Positions 54,548-64,000 of a stretch of DNA of 64,000 bases are shown here, in pieces. The stretch is taken from the NCBI RefSeq assembly GCF_006345805.1, contig NC_042997.1:151280001-151344000 (forward strand), in the 5' to 3' direction. Both the position numbers and the translations under genes were made by a program. Source of the stretch: Octopus sinensis. Its lineage: Eukaryota. Each line of letters starts with the position of its first letter. The stretch's first letter is position 1. The notes below the pieces were generated by a model. The model was given only the letters and a program-made list of their open reading frames with translations, was not told the DNA's origin and did no database searches.

Positions 54548-54945
54548 AGGCGGTGAGATGGCAGAAACGTTAACACTCTGGGCGGAATGCCTAGCGGTAT
54601 TTCGTCTGTCGCTACGTTCTGAGTTCATATTCCTCCGAGGTCGACTTTGCCTTTCATCCTTTCGGGGTCGATAAATTAAGTACCAGTTACGCACTGGAGT
54701 CGATGTAATCAACTTAATCCCTGTGTCTGTCTTTGTTTGTCCCCTCTGTGTTTAGCCCCTTGTGAGTAGTAAAGAAATAGGTATTTCGTCTGTCTTTACG
54801 TTCTGGGTTCAAATTCCACCGAGGTCGACTTCGCCTGTCATCCTTTCGGGTTCGATAAAATAAGTCCCAGTTGTGTACAGGTGTAGATCTAATCGACTGG
54901 TCCCTTCCCCAAAATTTTAGTCCTCGTGCCTAAAGTAGAAAATAT
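54548..54945 (+). mobile_element. SINE family B dimer (full unit plus B-box-onward unit with a different tail)
   Basis: Junction GTAGTAAAGAAATAG|GTATTTCGTCTG at about 54780. Confidence 0.85.
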
Positions 54946-55226
54946 AGAGTTGAAAAGAGCCTAGGATAATAAGAGTCAGAGGGTTCCCGTGCAACTTAAA
55001 GCCATACATCATAACAGGTGTTCTAACAGTGATATGTCAACAAGAAATATGGATTCAGTTCCACGATCAACCTTCAACTTTTTCTATTTATAATGGCTTT
55101 TCAACCCAATATATACATGTTATTTTTCCGAATGTTATGTTTGTGCTTTAATATGTTCCGAAAAAGAATTATTAAAAGCTTAGTAAATTCTTAATACGTC
55201 AAATATATTTGCATGTAGTTATATAC

Positions 55227-55271
<45 letters not shown>

Positions 55272-55376
55272 ATAATTAATCAATATAGGGTGGCAAAAAA
55301 TTTTGTAGAATTTTTTGCCACCAGCGGCCTAGTGGGAAAAAAATTTAAATAGTCATAGACCATTTTTAAGTTCAAC

Positions 55377-55453
55377 ATCACAATCAAGGAACGGCCATAA
55401 TAGGCCATTCACCCACTAGTGGGTGAATGGCCTATTATGGCCGTTCCTTGATT

Positions 55454-55458
<5 letters not shown>
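55377..55458. repeat. Perfect 82-bp palindrome without spacer
   Basis: The 41-nt arm ATCACAATCAAGGAACGGCCATAATAGGCCATTCACCCACT is immediately followed by its exact reverse complement; centre at 55417/55418. Confidence 0.97.
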
Positions 55459-55500
<42 letters not shown>

Positions 55501-55615
55501 CCAATTTGTGTTTATTAGACGGATGATCGATAATTAACGTCTCTAAATTCGGAATATTTCTGGCATGAAACCACTCGGCTGTATTCATTATCTGCTTTGA
55601 GCCTATTTTATATTC

Positions 55616-55651
<36 letters not shown>

Positions 55652-56984
55652 GTAATAACGTACGCAAATACATGCATGTGTAACGTATAACGAGCTTAAA
55701 AATACGTGACAAAAACTAAGAGTTAGGCGTCTCTCATGGCATATTACAAACCAATATCGTGTGTCGACTGAAACTTCCAGTGAAGTGGTGAAGATGTTCG
55801 TTTAAATATGTATACTCTCTTCTTACCATAACAAAATCAAATTAATGAATTGTGGAGTGTCACTGTAGCAGTCCGTCACATTTTTTTTTTTGTTGGTTTA
55901 ATGATTGGCAGGTAAATACCTGATAGTATTTATTAGAAAGATAACTGACATTTTCAAAATTAATAGGAAGTATGAAATTAACTTGTATTGACACATGCCG
56001 ACGTGAAATTTATGAAATACTTTCATGATACATGTATAAATGTATATTAATACAGCATTGAAAATGTAAATTAACATTTCTACATTATGTGACAATAGAA
56101 AGACTACGTTCGGTTTTCAATAACGGGCCTTTGAACTACGTTAAATGTAAAATAACTTACAGTATGCTTATAACAAATTAAAAAACAAATTAAAGCACGC
56201 GAATAATGGTGACAAATTGATTTTCTAAATATATGTTACTTCCTCTATTCGGAAGAGGATGAAACGAAATGTTACTTCTTTTTTATCAAATATGCACTAT
56301 AGTAATGTGTAAGCCCTATGTGTGTGTGTATGACAACATCTCTGGCATATATTCTGTGTTATTTGTGCTCCGTGGAGCAGTATTTGCCAACCATTACTGT
56401 ATATTACTGGAATTACTAAAAAAGTATGTAAAAATCTTTCAATGGCTTCCAAAATTCTCTCAGGAACGCCTCCTGCATGAAAATTTATGAGTAAATTGGG
56501 CGCTAAGATAATTATTATCAGTATAGAAATTATCCTGATTAAACGTGATAAAGGTTTAGGTTTTGCCATATTCGGTAGACGTTACAGACTGTGGGTAAAA
56601 GTGTTCATTGAGTTACTTTCTATGGGTATGAATGTACAATAACCAAAATGCGGTATGATGATGCACCAGCGACTGTTATAGTGAGTGATAATGACAGGGT
56701 TTTTTGGAATTTATCCATAACGACTGGCCATACTAAGCAAGGAGATTAGATAAGATTGTTGAGCTGTTAAACAAACAGCATGCAGTAAAGAATCACAATT
56801 TTTTTTGCAAGGAATTTTAATAGTAAAAAATTTAGGAAACCGAGAAATATGAGGAGCCATCTAGATACATGATGTAATTGGAGAAAACAGAGGTGACAAT
56901 TGTTCCCGAGAATAAGTGGCACACATGACACAACATCCAAACTGCTACTTAAAATCATGATCCTGGAACACGCATAATGTTTTA

Positions 56985-57255
56985 CCGAACCGCTAAGTTA
57001 CGGGGACGTAAACAATCCGACACCGGTTGTCAAGTGGTGTTGGTGGACAAACACAGACACAAAGACCCTCTCTCTCTTTCTCTCTATCTATCACATACAC
57101 ACACACATATGGCCAGCTTCTTTCGCTTTATGCTTACTAAATCTACTCGCAAGGCATTGGAAGGCCCTATGCCAGAGTTGAAACTCCAAGATGACACGAA
57201 GTGGGAATAAGACCGAGAGCATGTGGGTAGGGAGCAAACTTCTTAGCAGACAGAT
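56985..57255 (-). mobile_element. SINE family A, degenerate
   Basis: CCGAACCGCTAAGTTACGGGGACGTAAAC...GGTTGTCAAG is the reverse complement of the family A body. Confidence 0.75.
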
Positions 57256-57259
57256 ATGT

Positions 57260-57590
57260 ATGCACCGATGTATCTCTACATGAAACGGAGAAATTCTCGA
57301 AATACTGAGATCTAGAAATAAAAGAAATATCATGCATGCGGGCGCAAATAATCCCTATAATAATAGGTACATTACACATAGATAAGAGATATACACACAA
57401 AGGCATAACCACTGCAGAAGCAATTACAAATACACGTAACATATACAAGATAAAACTCATAAGTACCGCACCATTATACATAAAACATTGTTAATACAGT
57501 AGAAATAAAAACATGAAAAGAAACAGCATATACCCAAAGCACAGAGGGCTGCACTCGGCGCTGCAGTGAAAGCACATGCTAAAAGTAAAA
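57260..57590 (+). mobile_element. Old 5'-truncated R4/Dong copy (same subfamily as 58690-61430)
   Basis: DVSLHETEKFSKY*DLEIK aligns with NVSLKEMEKLSKYKDLEIE. The 3' end CATATACCCAAAGCACAGAGGGCTGCACTCGG matches 61350-61400. Confidence 0.75.
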
Positions 57591-57785
57591 CCATTGTACA
57601 AGGCCAGCAATTTAGAAGAAGGGTTAATTTGATTCATCGACTCCAGTCCTCTACTAATATTTATATTATCGACCTCGTAAGGATGAAATGCAAATTCGAA
57701 CTCAGCAGAATTTGAACTCAGAACGTAAAGACAGTCGAAATGCTGCCAAGCATTTTACTTGGCTTGCTAACGTTTCTGCCACTTC
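57590..57785 (-). mobile_element. SINE family B copy
   Basis: GGATGAAATGCAAATTCGAACTCAGCAGAATTTGAACTCAGAACG...CTAACGTTTCTGCCAC. Confidence 0.75.
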
Positions 57786-57899
57786 GGAGACCAAACAGCA
57801 AGAATAATGATAAACTTCCTTTTATTGGACACAGTAGCCGAATAAAAATTATAAAGGCAGATAAAAAATATAAGTAGTGCTTAACACAAAATGTGTAAA

Positions 57900-58240
57900 C
57901 AATAGAAAAGGCAATAACAATTAACAACAAAATTTAATCAATAAACATAACAAAACCGTGAATGTTTGAGCTGGGACCAACCAAGGGACATGACACATGC
58001 TGTCCACTCCGATTTCCAAGGGCACCCCCAGGCACGCACTCACCGCATATTCAGACCATGTCCATTCACATGAGCCACAGTCGCCGCAATCACTCTCATT
58101 TTAACAAAAGCCCTTAGGGAAATTACTTTGCTCGGCACCTCACTTTCATTTGCAAGAGAAACTTGAAAATGTCTTTGAGGGCTTGGCCATAACTGAAAGT
58201 ACCTGACTACAGTTCATTCAACATTGCCCACCACAGTATG
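57900..58240 (-). mobile_element. Tx1/L1-type LINE extreme 3' relic
   Basis: Minus strand FKFLLQMKVRC...VHVNGHGL-like segment resembles the C-terminus at 8490-8600. Confidence 0.45.
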
Positions 58241-58264
58241 TCTTTCTATAACAACAACAACAAC

Positions 58265-58341
<77 letters not shown>

Positions 58342-58349
58342 TGATATTG

Positions 58350-58647
58350 ATGATAATAGGGAACCGAAAATTATATGAGAATGATCCCTGGCTTACCATC
58401 CCTGCAAGAAGTGCAAAAGATTGTCTTAACTGGTATATCACACGTATTGAGAAGAGCATTGTCGATGTGAGAACTGTTGCTGCTCATGTATTTTAATTTA
58501 ACTTAAAAAAAAAAAAATTTTTTAAATGAACGAACTACTGAGTTTGGTTTAATGGCCTACCGATGTATACTATGAATTTCTTTGCCCTAGGAGTCGGGAA
58601 GACACTCGGCAAGAAATGGAAGCAAATTTGAAAGAAGAAAAAAAAAC

Positions 58648-58650
<3 letters not shown>
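58350..58650 (+). mobile_element. Short R4/Dong-type 3' fragments between (AAT)n tracts
   Basis: 58370-58470 gives LQEVQKIVLTGISHVLRRALS (C-terminal motif). 58520-58650 is a putative different 3' UTR with a CCGAG/CTCGG-type stem, an A-run, then (AAT)n. Confidence 0.55.
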
Positions 58651-58692
<42 letters not shown>

Positions 58693-58966
58693 AATGCTCA
58701 GCAAATATAACATCACAGAAAAAGATTTGCCGGAGATAAAAGAAAAGCTGAAGCAAGATATCCTTGCCAAAGCTCAAAGGATCCGCCGGTACGAGAAACG
58801 CCAACGCTTCTTTGAACAGAACAAAAAGTTCAACTCCGACCCCAAAAAGTTCTACCAAGAACTGGGCAAAAATAAAATAGAAGTCACTGCAGCACCAACG
58901 GCAGAAGAATTGGAAGAATTCTGGAAATAAATATGGTCGGCGAACGAACAGCCAAAAAAAAGGAGT

Positions 58967-60409
58967 ATGAAAATAACAAACTCGGCATCTGAACAACGTT
59001 GGACCTCCATAACAACTGAAGAGGTCACCCAGGCACTGCAAAAACTAAGTAACTGGAAGGCACCTGGGCATGACAAGATCCCCAACTTCTGGTTGAAATA
59101 TCTAACAGGAATGCACAAAAAGCTGGCTGAAAACTTTAACAGCATACTAGCAGAGCCAGAGACAATGCCTGAATGGCTCACGAAGGGGAAAACCATCTTA
59201 ATTCCCAAATCAAATGAAACAACAAAACCAGAAAACTACAGACCAATAACCTGCCTCCCTACTATGTTCAAGGCATTTACTGCAGTGATATCGCAAAGGC
59301 TGAACAAGCACCTGGACGAAAACAAACTGTTCCCAGAAGAGCAGAAAGGATGCCGCAAGGGCTCATATGGCTGTAAAGATCAACTAATGATTAATAAGGC
59401 CGTAAATGAAGACAGCCACAGAAAGAAGAAAGGCCTCAGTATGGCCTGGATTGACTACAAAAAGGCTTTTGATAGCATCCCCCACACATGGATCCTCGAA
59501 ACACTAGCCATTAACAAAGTAGCACCAACAATCATAAAATTCATAGAGCACTCTATGAATAAATGGCAAACAGTCCTACACCTCCAAACAAAAGAGGGAC
59601 TCATGAAAACCAAAGACATCCCCATTAGAAGAGGAATATTCCAGGGAGACACACTCTCTCCACTCCTTTTCTGCTTGGCACTGTCACCTCTATCTGATAT
59701 GCTAAATAGAACTGGATGCGGATATAAATGTTACGGCAAAACGATCAGCCACCTTTTATATATGGATGACCTAAAACTATACGCTGCAAATGACAAACAG
59801 CTGGAAACACTATTAAAGACAGTTCATGGATTTACCAAAGAAATAGATATGAAATTTGGATTAGAAAAATGCGCCAAAGTAACCATGAAAAGAGGAAAAC
59901 TAGTTAAGAGTAACAACATCACACTAGATAAAACCAATGAAATAAAAGAATTAGACCAAAGCCAAACTTACAAATACTTAGGAATCCATGAACTAGATAA
60001 GACACAACACACACAAATGAAAGAGAAAATAAAAAAAGAATATTATAGACGAGTTAGATCAATACTAAAAACAGAGCTCAATGCTAAAAACAAGATAATA
60101 GGTATCAACACTTTAGCTGTCCCAGTTATAAGTTACAGCTACAATATCCTTAACTGGACACGAAATGAACTGTCCAAAATAGATAGGAAAACAAGAAAAA
60201 TACTGACAGGATCTAGGATGCATCACCCAAAATCTGACATAGAAAGACTATATATACAACGTATAGAAGGTGGTAGAGGCCTTATACAGCTGGAAAACTA
60301 CTATAAATTAACCACCGAAACTGCAAAAATACCTACTTCAGAAGGAAGGAAAACTGATCCAGATAGCAGCAAAACACGAGCAAAACAAAAAACTGTTCTC
60401 AGTATTTAA
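58967..60409 (+). CDS. Reverse transcriptase domain of the R4/Dong element (frameshift near 60320)
   Basis: NWKAPGHDKI, NYRPITCLPT, EQKGCRKGS, WIDYKKAFDSIPH, RGIFQGDTLSPLLF, LLYMDDLKLY, YKYLG, GGRGLIQL. Confidence 0.95.
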   Translation: MKITNSASEQRWTSITTEEVTQALQKLSNWKAPGHDKIPNFWLKYLTGMHKKLAENFNSILAEPETMPEWLTKGKTILIPKSNETTKPENYRPITCLPTMFKAFTAVISQRLNKHLDENKLFPEEQKGCRKGSYGCKDQLMINKAVNEDSHRKKKGLSMAWIDYKKAFDSIPHTWILETLAINKVAPTIIKFIEHSMNKWQTVLHLQTKEGLMKTKDIPIRRGIFQGDTLSPLLFCLALSPLSDMLNRTGCGYKCYGKTISHLLYMDDLKLYAANDKQLETLLKTVHGFTKEIDMKFGLEKCAKVTMKRGKLVKSNNITLDKTNEIKELDQSQTYKYLGIHELDKTQHTQMKEKIKKEYYRRVRSILKTELNAKNKIIGINTLAVPVISYSYNILNWTRNELSKIDRKTRKILTGSRMHHPKSDIERLYIQRIEGGRGLIQLENYYKLTTETAKIPTSEGRKTDPDSSKTRAKQKTVLSI

Positions 60410-60506
60410 GGAAGCTGACAAATACAAACAAGAAATCATACCACCTAATAAACACAAAGAAGAAGAAGAAGAAGATGATGAAGAAACAACAAAAGCTATA
60501 AAACAA

Positions 60507-61422
60507 ATGAAATCCAAACTAAAACTAGAACAGCAACGAGCCATGATAAAACGATGGCAAGAAAAACCCCTTCATGATAAATACTGCACTAAACTAAACG
60601 CAAAACAAATAGACAAAGAAAAATCCCAGCAATGGTTGAGAAGCTCAGGACTCAAAGCAGAAACAGAGGGATTTTCAATTGCAGCACAAGACCAAAGCCT
60701 CCCCACCAGAAATTACCAAAAACATGTAATGAAAAGAAATATTACAAGTAACTGCAGAATATGTGGAGATGGACAAGAAACAATAAATCATATTATCTCT
60801 AGCTGCCCAGTCCTGGCTAAGAAGGAATATATTCACAGACATGACAGATTTGGAACCTACATACATTGGAAGCTATGCCAACATTATGGAATAACAACAG
60901 AAAAAAGATGGTATAGGCACACACCAGAAAAGGTCACAGGAAACGAGAAAGCAACCATACTCTGGGATATGCCGATACACACAGATAGAGAAATTATGGC
61001 CAACAGACCAGATATAGTTGTCAGAGATCATGAAGAAAAAAAATGCTTTCTAATTGATGTATCAATATCGGCAGATGACAACGTGTCTCTAAAAGAAATG
61101 GAGAAACTCTCAAAATACAAAGACCTGGAAATAGAGGTAACTAGAATGTGGAACCTGAAAACAGAAACAATTCCTACCATAGTAGGTGCATTAGGCATGA
61201 TAAAAAAATATTCAGAAAAATACATAACAAAAACACCAGGACTTACAAACACATATAACATACAGAAAATTGCACTACTAGGCACTGCACACATCCTACG
61301 CAGAACACTTTCCATACAACAACCATCAGAACATCACAACAAATCACAGCACATACCCAAGGCACACAGAGCTGCGCTCGGTAGTGAAGTGAAAGTACGC
61401 TATAAAAATAAAAATAAATCTA

Positions 61423-61430
<8 letters not shown>
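60507..61430 (+). CDS. CCHC zinc knuckle and REL endonuclease of the R4/Dong element (continuation of the same ancestral ORF)
   Basis: CRICGDGQETINHIISSC (C-x2-C-x8-H-x4-C), RHD, RPDIVV, LIDVS, EKLSKYKDL, IVGALG, QKIALLGTAHILRR. Confidence 0.93.

Positions 61431-61512
<82 letters not shown>
61427..61512. repeat. (AAT)n tract at the 3' end of the R4/Dong copy
   Basis: Directly visible. Confidence 0.97.
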
Positions 61513-61514
<2 letters not shown>

Positions 61515-61515
<1 letters not shown>

Positions 61516-61725
61516 GAGTACCTGCACCTGGAAAACTCAAAAGATAGACAAGATCCTCAATGTCTGGTTGAAACACCTCATCAGTACACATATCCATAGC
61601 TGCAGCATTCAATTTATTAATAAGCAAGCCAAAATCAACACCGAACTAGGTGATGGAAGGAAAAACCACTCTAATTCCCCAAAACAAAAACACCGTACGA
61701 CCACAAAATTATAGGCTTATAACAC
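61515..61725 (+). mobile_element. R4/Dong RT N-terminal fragment
   Basis: Frameshifted APGK...DKILNVWLKHLISTH...EGKTTLIPQNKNTVRPQNYRLIT matches the NWKAPG...NYRPIT block. Confidence 0.7.
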
Positions 61726-61813
61726 GATGATGTTGTTGTTGATGTTGATGATGGTGATGATGATCATCATCATCATCATGACGACGATGATGACGACAAC
61801 GATGACAATGATG

Positions 61814-61844
<31 letters not shown>

Positions 61845-62929
61845 TAAAGACGATGATGATGAGGTGCTGATTTTCATGATCGCATGATCATACTGGAGTA
61901 TGAGAGTAAATATTCAATTCAAAGCAATATTAGTATGATTTGGGGAATTTACATAAAGTAGCGAATGCATGGCTGAGGCAGTTGTTTTTATCAGACAAAA
62001 ACTTCCAGCTTAGCGTCAGCCAAGGAACTCCAAAACAAATCTAACGTCAGAATGGTAAGTATGTTGATATTTATTATTGAGAACATTATTACAATTTTCA
62101 TTGTTATAGCTGCATTGACATTAATGATGTTATATTGTCCTAAATGTTTTTGTGGCCCTTGTGTCAATAAAGAAATTATTATTATTATCGTTGATAATAT
62201 CATTGTGATTTGCTCGTAAATCAGTAGATTTCATATTGAATATGACATAATCTGAAAGCTTTCTATGTAGATGTCGCAGAACATATAATTCTATGTTTAT
62301 CCTTGAATTTAATATAATTTTTGTTTTCCTATTATCAGTTCGGTTTATAAATAATTTGATTGTTTTCTACTTCTTTTATTCTGATAATCAGCTAATTAGC
62401 TTATCATTATTGCATATTTCTTTACTTAAATTTTGCTATTATCGTTTTCTATTATCATTTTTATGTAAACAACATAATTACTCGAAAGAAGAATTTTTGA
62501 AAATTTATTTTTATTGGCATTTTTATAAAATTGTAATGAAAATTCTTTTTTCTTCTTTTTTTACATTTTAATCTAATGTCTCACTATTCTGGTGTATAGA
62601 ATAATTGTGCAGTAGTAAACATATGTGGAATGCAATCAGGAAGTTTTTAATTCGTTACAGCTGATTACAAGCCAGCGACTTGGCAAAAACATTAGGGTAC
62701 CTAGCTAAATCAAGACATTATAATTATTTACTTCTCGTACCGTTAAGTCTTATATTCCGTCTGTGACGACTTTCCCATCCCGCAACATTGTTGAAATTTG
62801 TACCTGTTACGTACCCGTATTTCAATACAAGCACCTGTGGAAAACAGCATCGTAACTCATGAGGAAATCAAAATAACAATAAATCGTATGAGAGGCAAAC
62901 GCATTTTAGCGTTACTTTTTGATTATTAT

Positions 62930-63160
62930 TAGGGGCGGAAATGGTAGCAAGCTGAAATAATCGTTGGAAGGCCGGACGATATCCTTTACAGCTTTTCTTC
63001 CGGTTTTAAGTTCGTAGTTCAAATTATTCCAAGATGGGCTTTGCCTTACATCCTTTTGTTGTCGATGAAATTAGTACAAGTTATTCCCTGAGGTCGATGT
63101 GATCGACTAGATCCTTTCCGCTAAATTTCAAGCCCCGTGCCTATTTTTAGAAAGAATTAT
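62930..63160 (+). mobile_element. Degenerate SINE family B copy
   Basis: GTTCAAATT...GCTTTGCCTTACATCCTTTTGTTGTCGATGAAATTAGTAC...AAATTTCAAGCCCCGTGCCTA. Confidence 0.6.
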
Positions 63161-63699
63161 GAGGTGGTGAAATGACAGAGATGTTTCAGTGTCGAAATAA
63201 ACATACATCTTTAACGTGTCAAACGTATCACTCTTTAATTGGTGCTCAGTATGTCAGTAAAAGTGGATTTTTATGTGCATCCTTTGCTGAAGTTCGACAA
63301 ATTCAAATTTTAATTTAACGCTTATGGTGTTGAAAATACACTACGACACTCGTAGTTTTAGTCAAAATGATACTGACTATGTGTCGTGCGCTCATATCCG
63401 ATTATATGTGCTTATATTAAAAATTATATTAATTTACAGTTTTGGTCCTCGCACGTCAACTCTCTCTGCACCTTTGGCACTCTCTGAGCTCCTCATAATG
63501 GAAGTAAAATCTCATTCTAATTGCCATCTTTAGCATTTCGATATATTTTGTCATTTTACTGGTCGTCGGTTCTACATCACATTTTGCAGTAAACATAGTT
63601 ATTCAGGGACTCATTAGAAATGAGTAAGCAGGTTAAACCATCTCTTGCAGAAAGTGATCAACTGGGAACGAAAAAACTGCAGCTAGATTGCACTGTTGC

Positions 63700-64000
63700 A
63701 TGTGCATAGGTAAAAAGAAAACAATTCTTTGCTAGAGTTTTCTTCCATTGTCAAATCATAGAGACTGACCTACGGTTAAGAAATTGCAGATTGCCATCAG
63801 CGATAAGTATTTCTTATGAGCAAACAGCAAATACTTCAAACATTATTAGTTGCCCTTCATTTGCAAAGTTTTTGTTGGACGAATATTGTGGTTGCTAAGA
63901 TGGTGCTACTTCAAAATACACTGACATTCTTCATAGAACTCCAGAAGGTGGCCATTGGATAGATTTTGAAATATTAAGTGACACATAGATTACTAGCACT
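63700..64000 (+). mobile_element. Mariner-like relic, heavily decayed
   Basis: Faint DRR-TV-EIA...GIS and RTPEGGHWI (RIVTGDE-W-like) segments. Confidence 0.35.

Larger units (their letters stand above)
58690..61430 (+). mobile_element. R4/Dong-clade RLE non-LTR retrotransposon, 5'-truncated, nearly intact
   Basis: Flanked by (AAT)n on both sides; contains RT, a CCHC knuckle and a restriction-like endonuclease. Confidence 0.95.

Overview
AT-rich, microsatellite-dense eukaryotic DNA. The SINE, LINE and simple-repeat content suggests a coleoid cephalopod, probably Octopus (inference, not verified). No complete host gene is recognisable; most ORFs in the track are microsatellite read-through or antisense frames of decayed transposons. 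The window is dominated by mobile DNA: Tc1 and mariner relics, Penelope-like elements (PLE), a Tx1/L1-type LINE 3' half, RTE-like relics, a Chapaev-like transposase relic with an intron, a short Helitron-like element, MITE/foldback elements and several tRNA-derived SINE families. There are also many R4/Dong-type RLE retrotransposons, including a nearly intact RT-CCHC-REL copy at 58.7-61.4 kb stacked with other copies in (AAT)n tracts. Most notable: (1) hammerhead-ribozyme-like motifs with a variant core (C at position 8, G at position 3 in two copies) inside nested palindromes around a Penelope GIY-YIG fragment (20.3-21.1 kb) and in a foldback element (14.9-15.1 kb); (2) (AAT)n-associated stacking of R4/Dong copies and of a non-coding 555-bp element; (3) a perfect 82-bp spacer-less palindrome; (4) a decayed RING/IBR (HOIP-like) frame; (5) two candidate minus-strand exons of an unidentified gene. 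All family assignments come from manual motif recognition; no searches were run.
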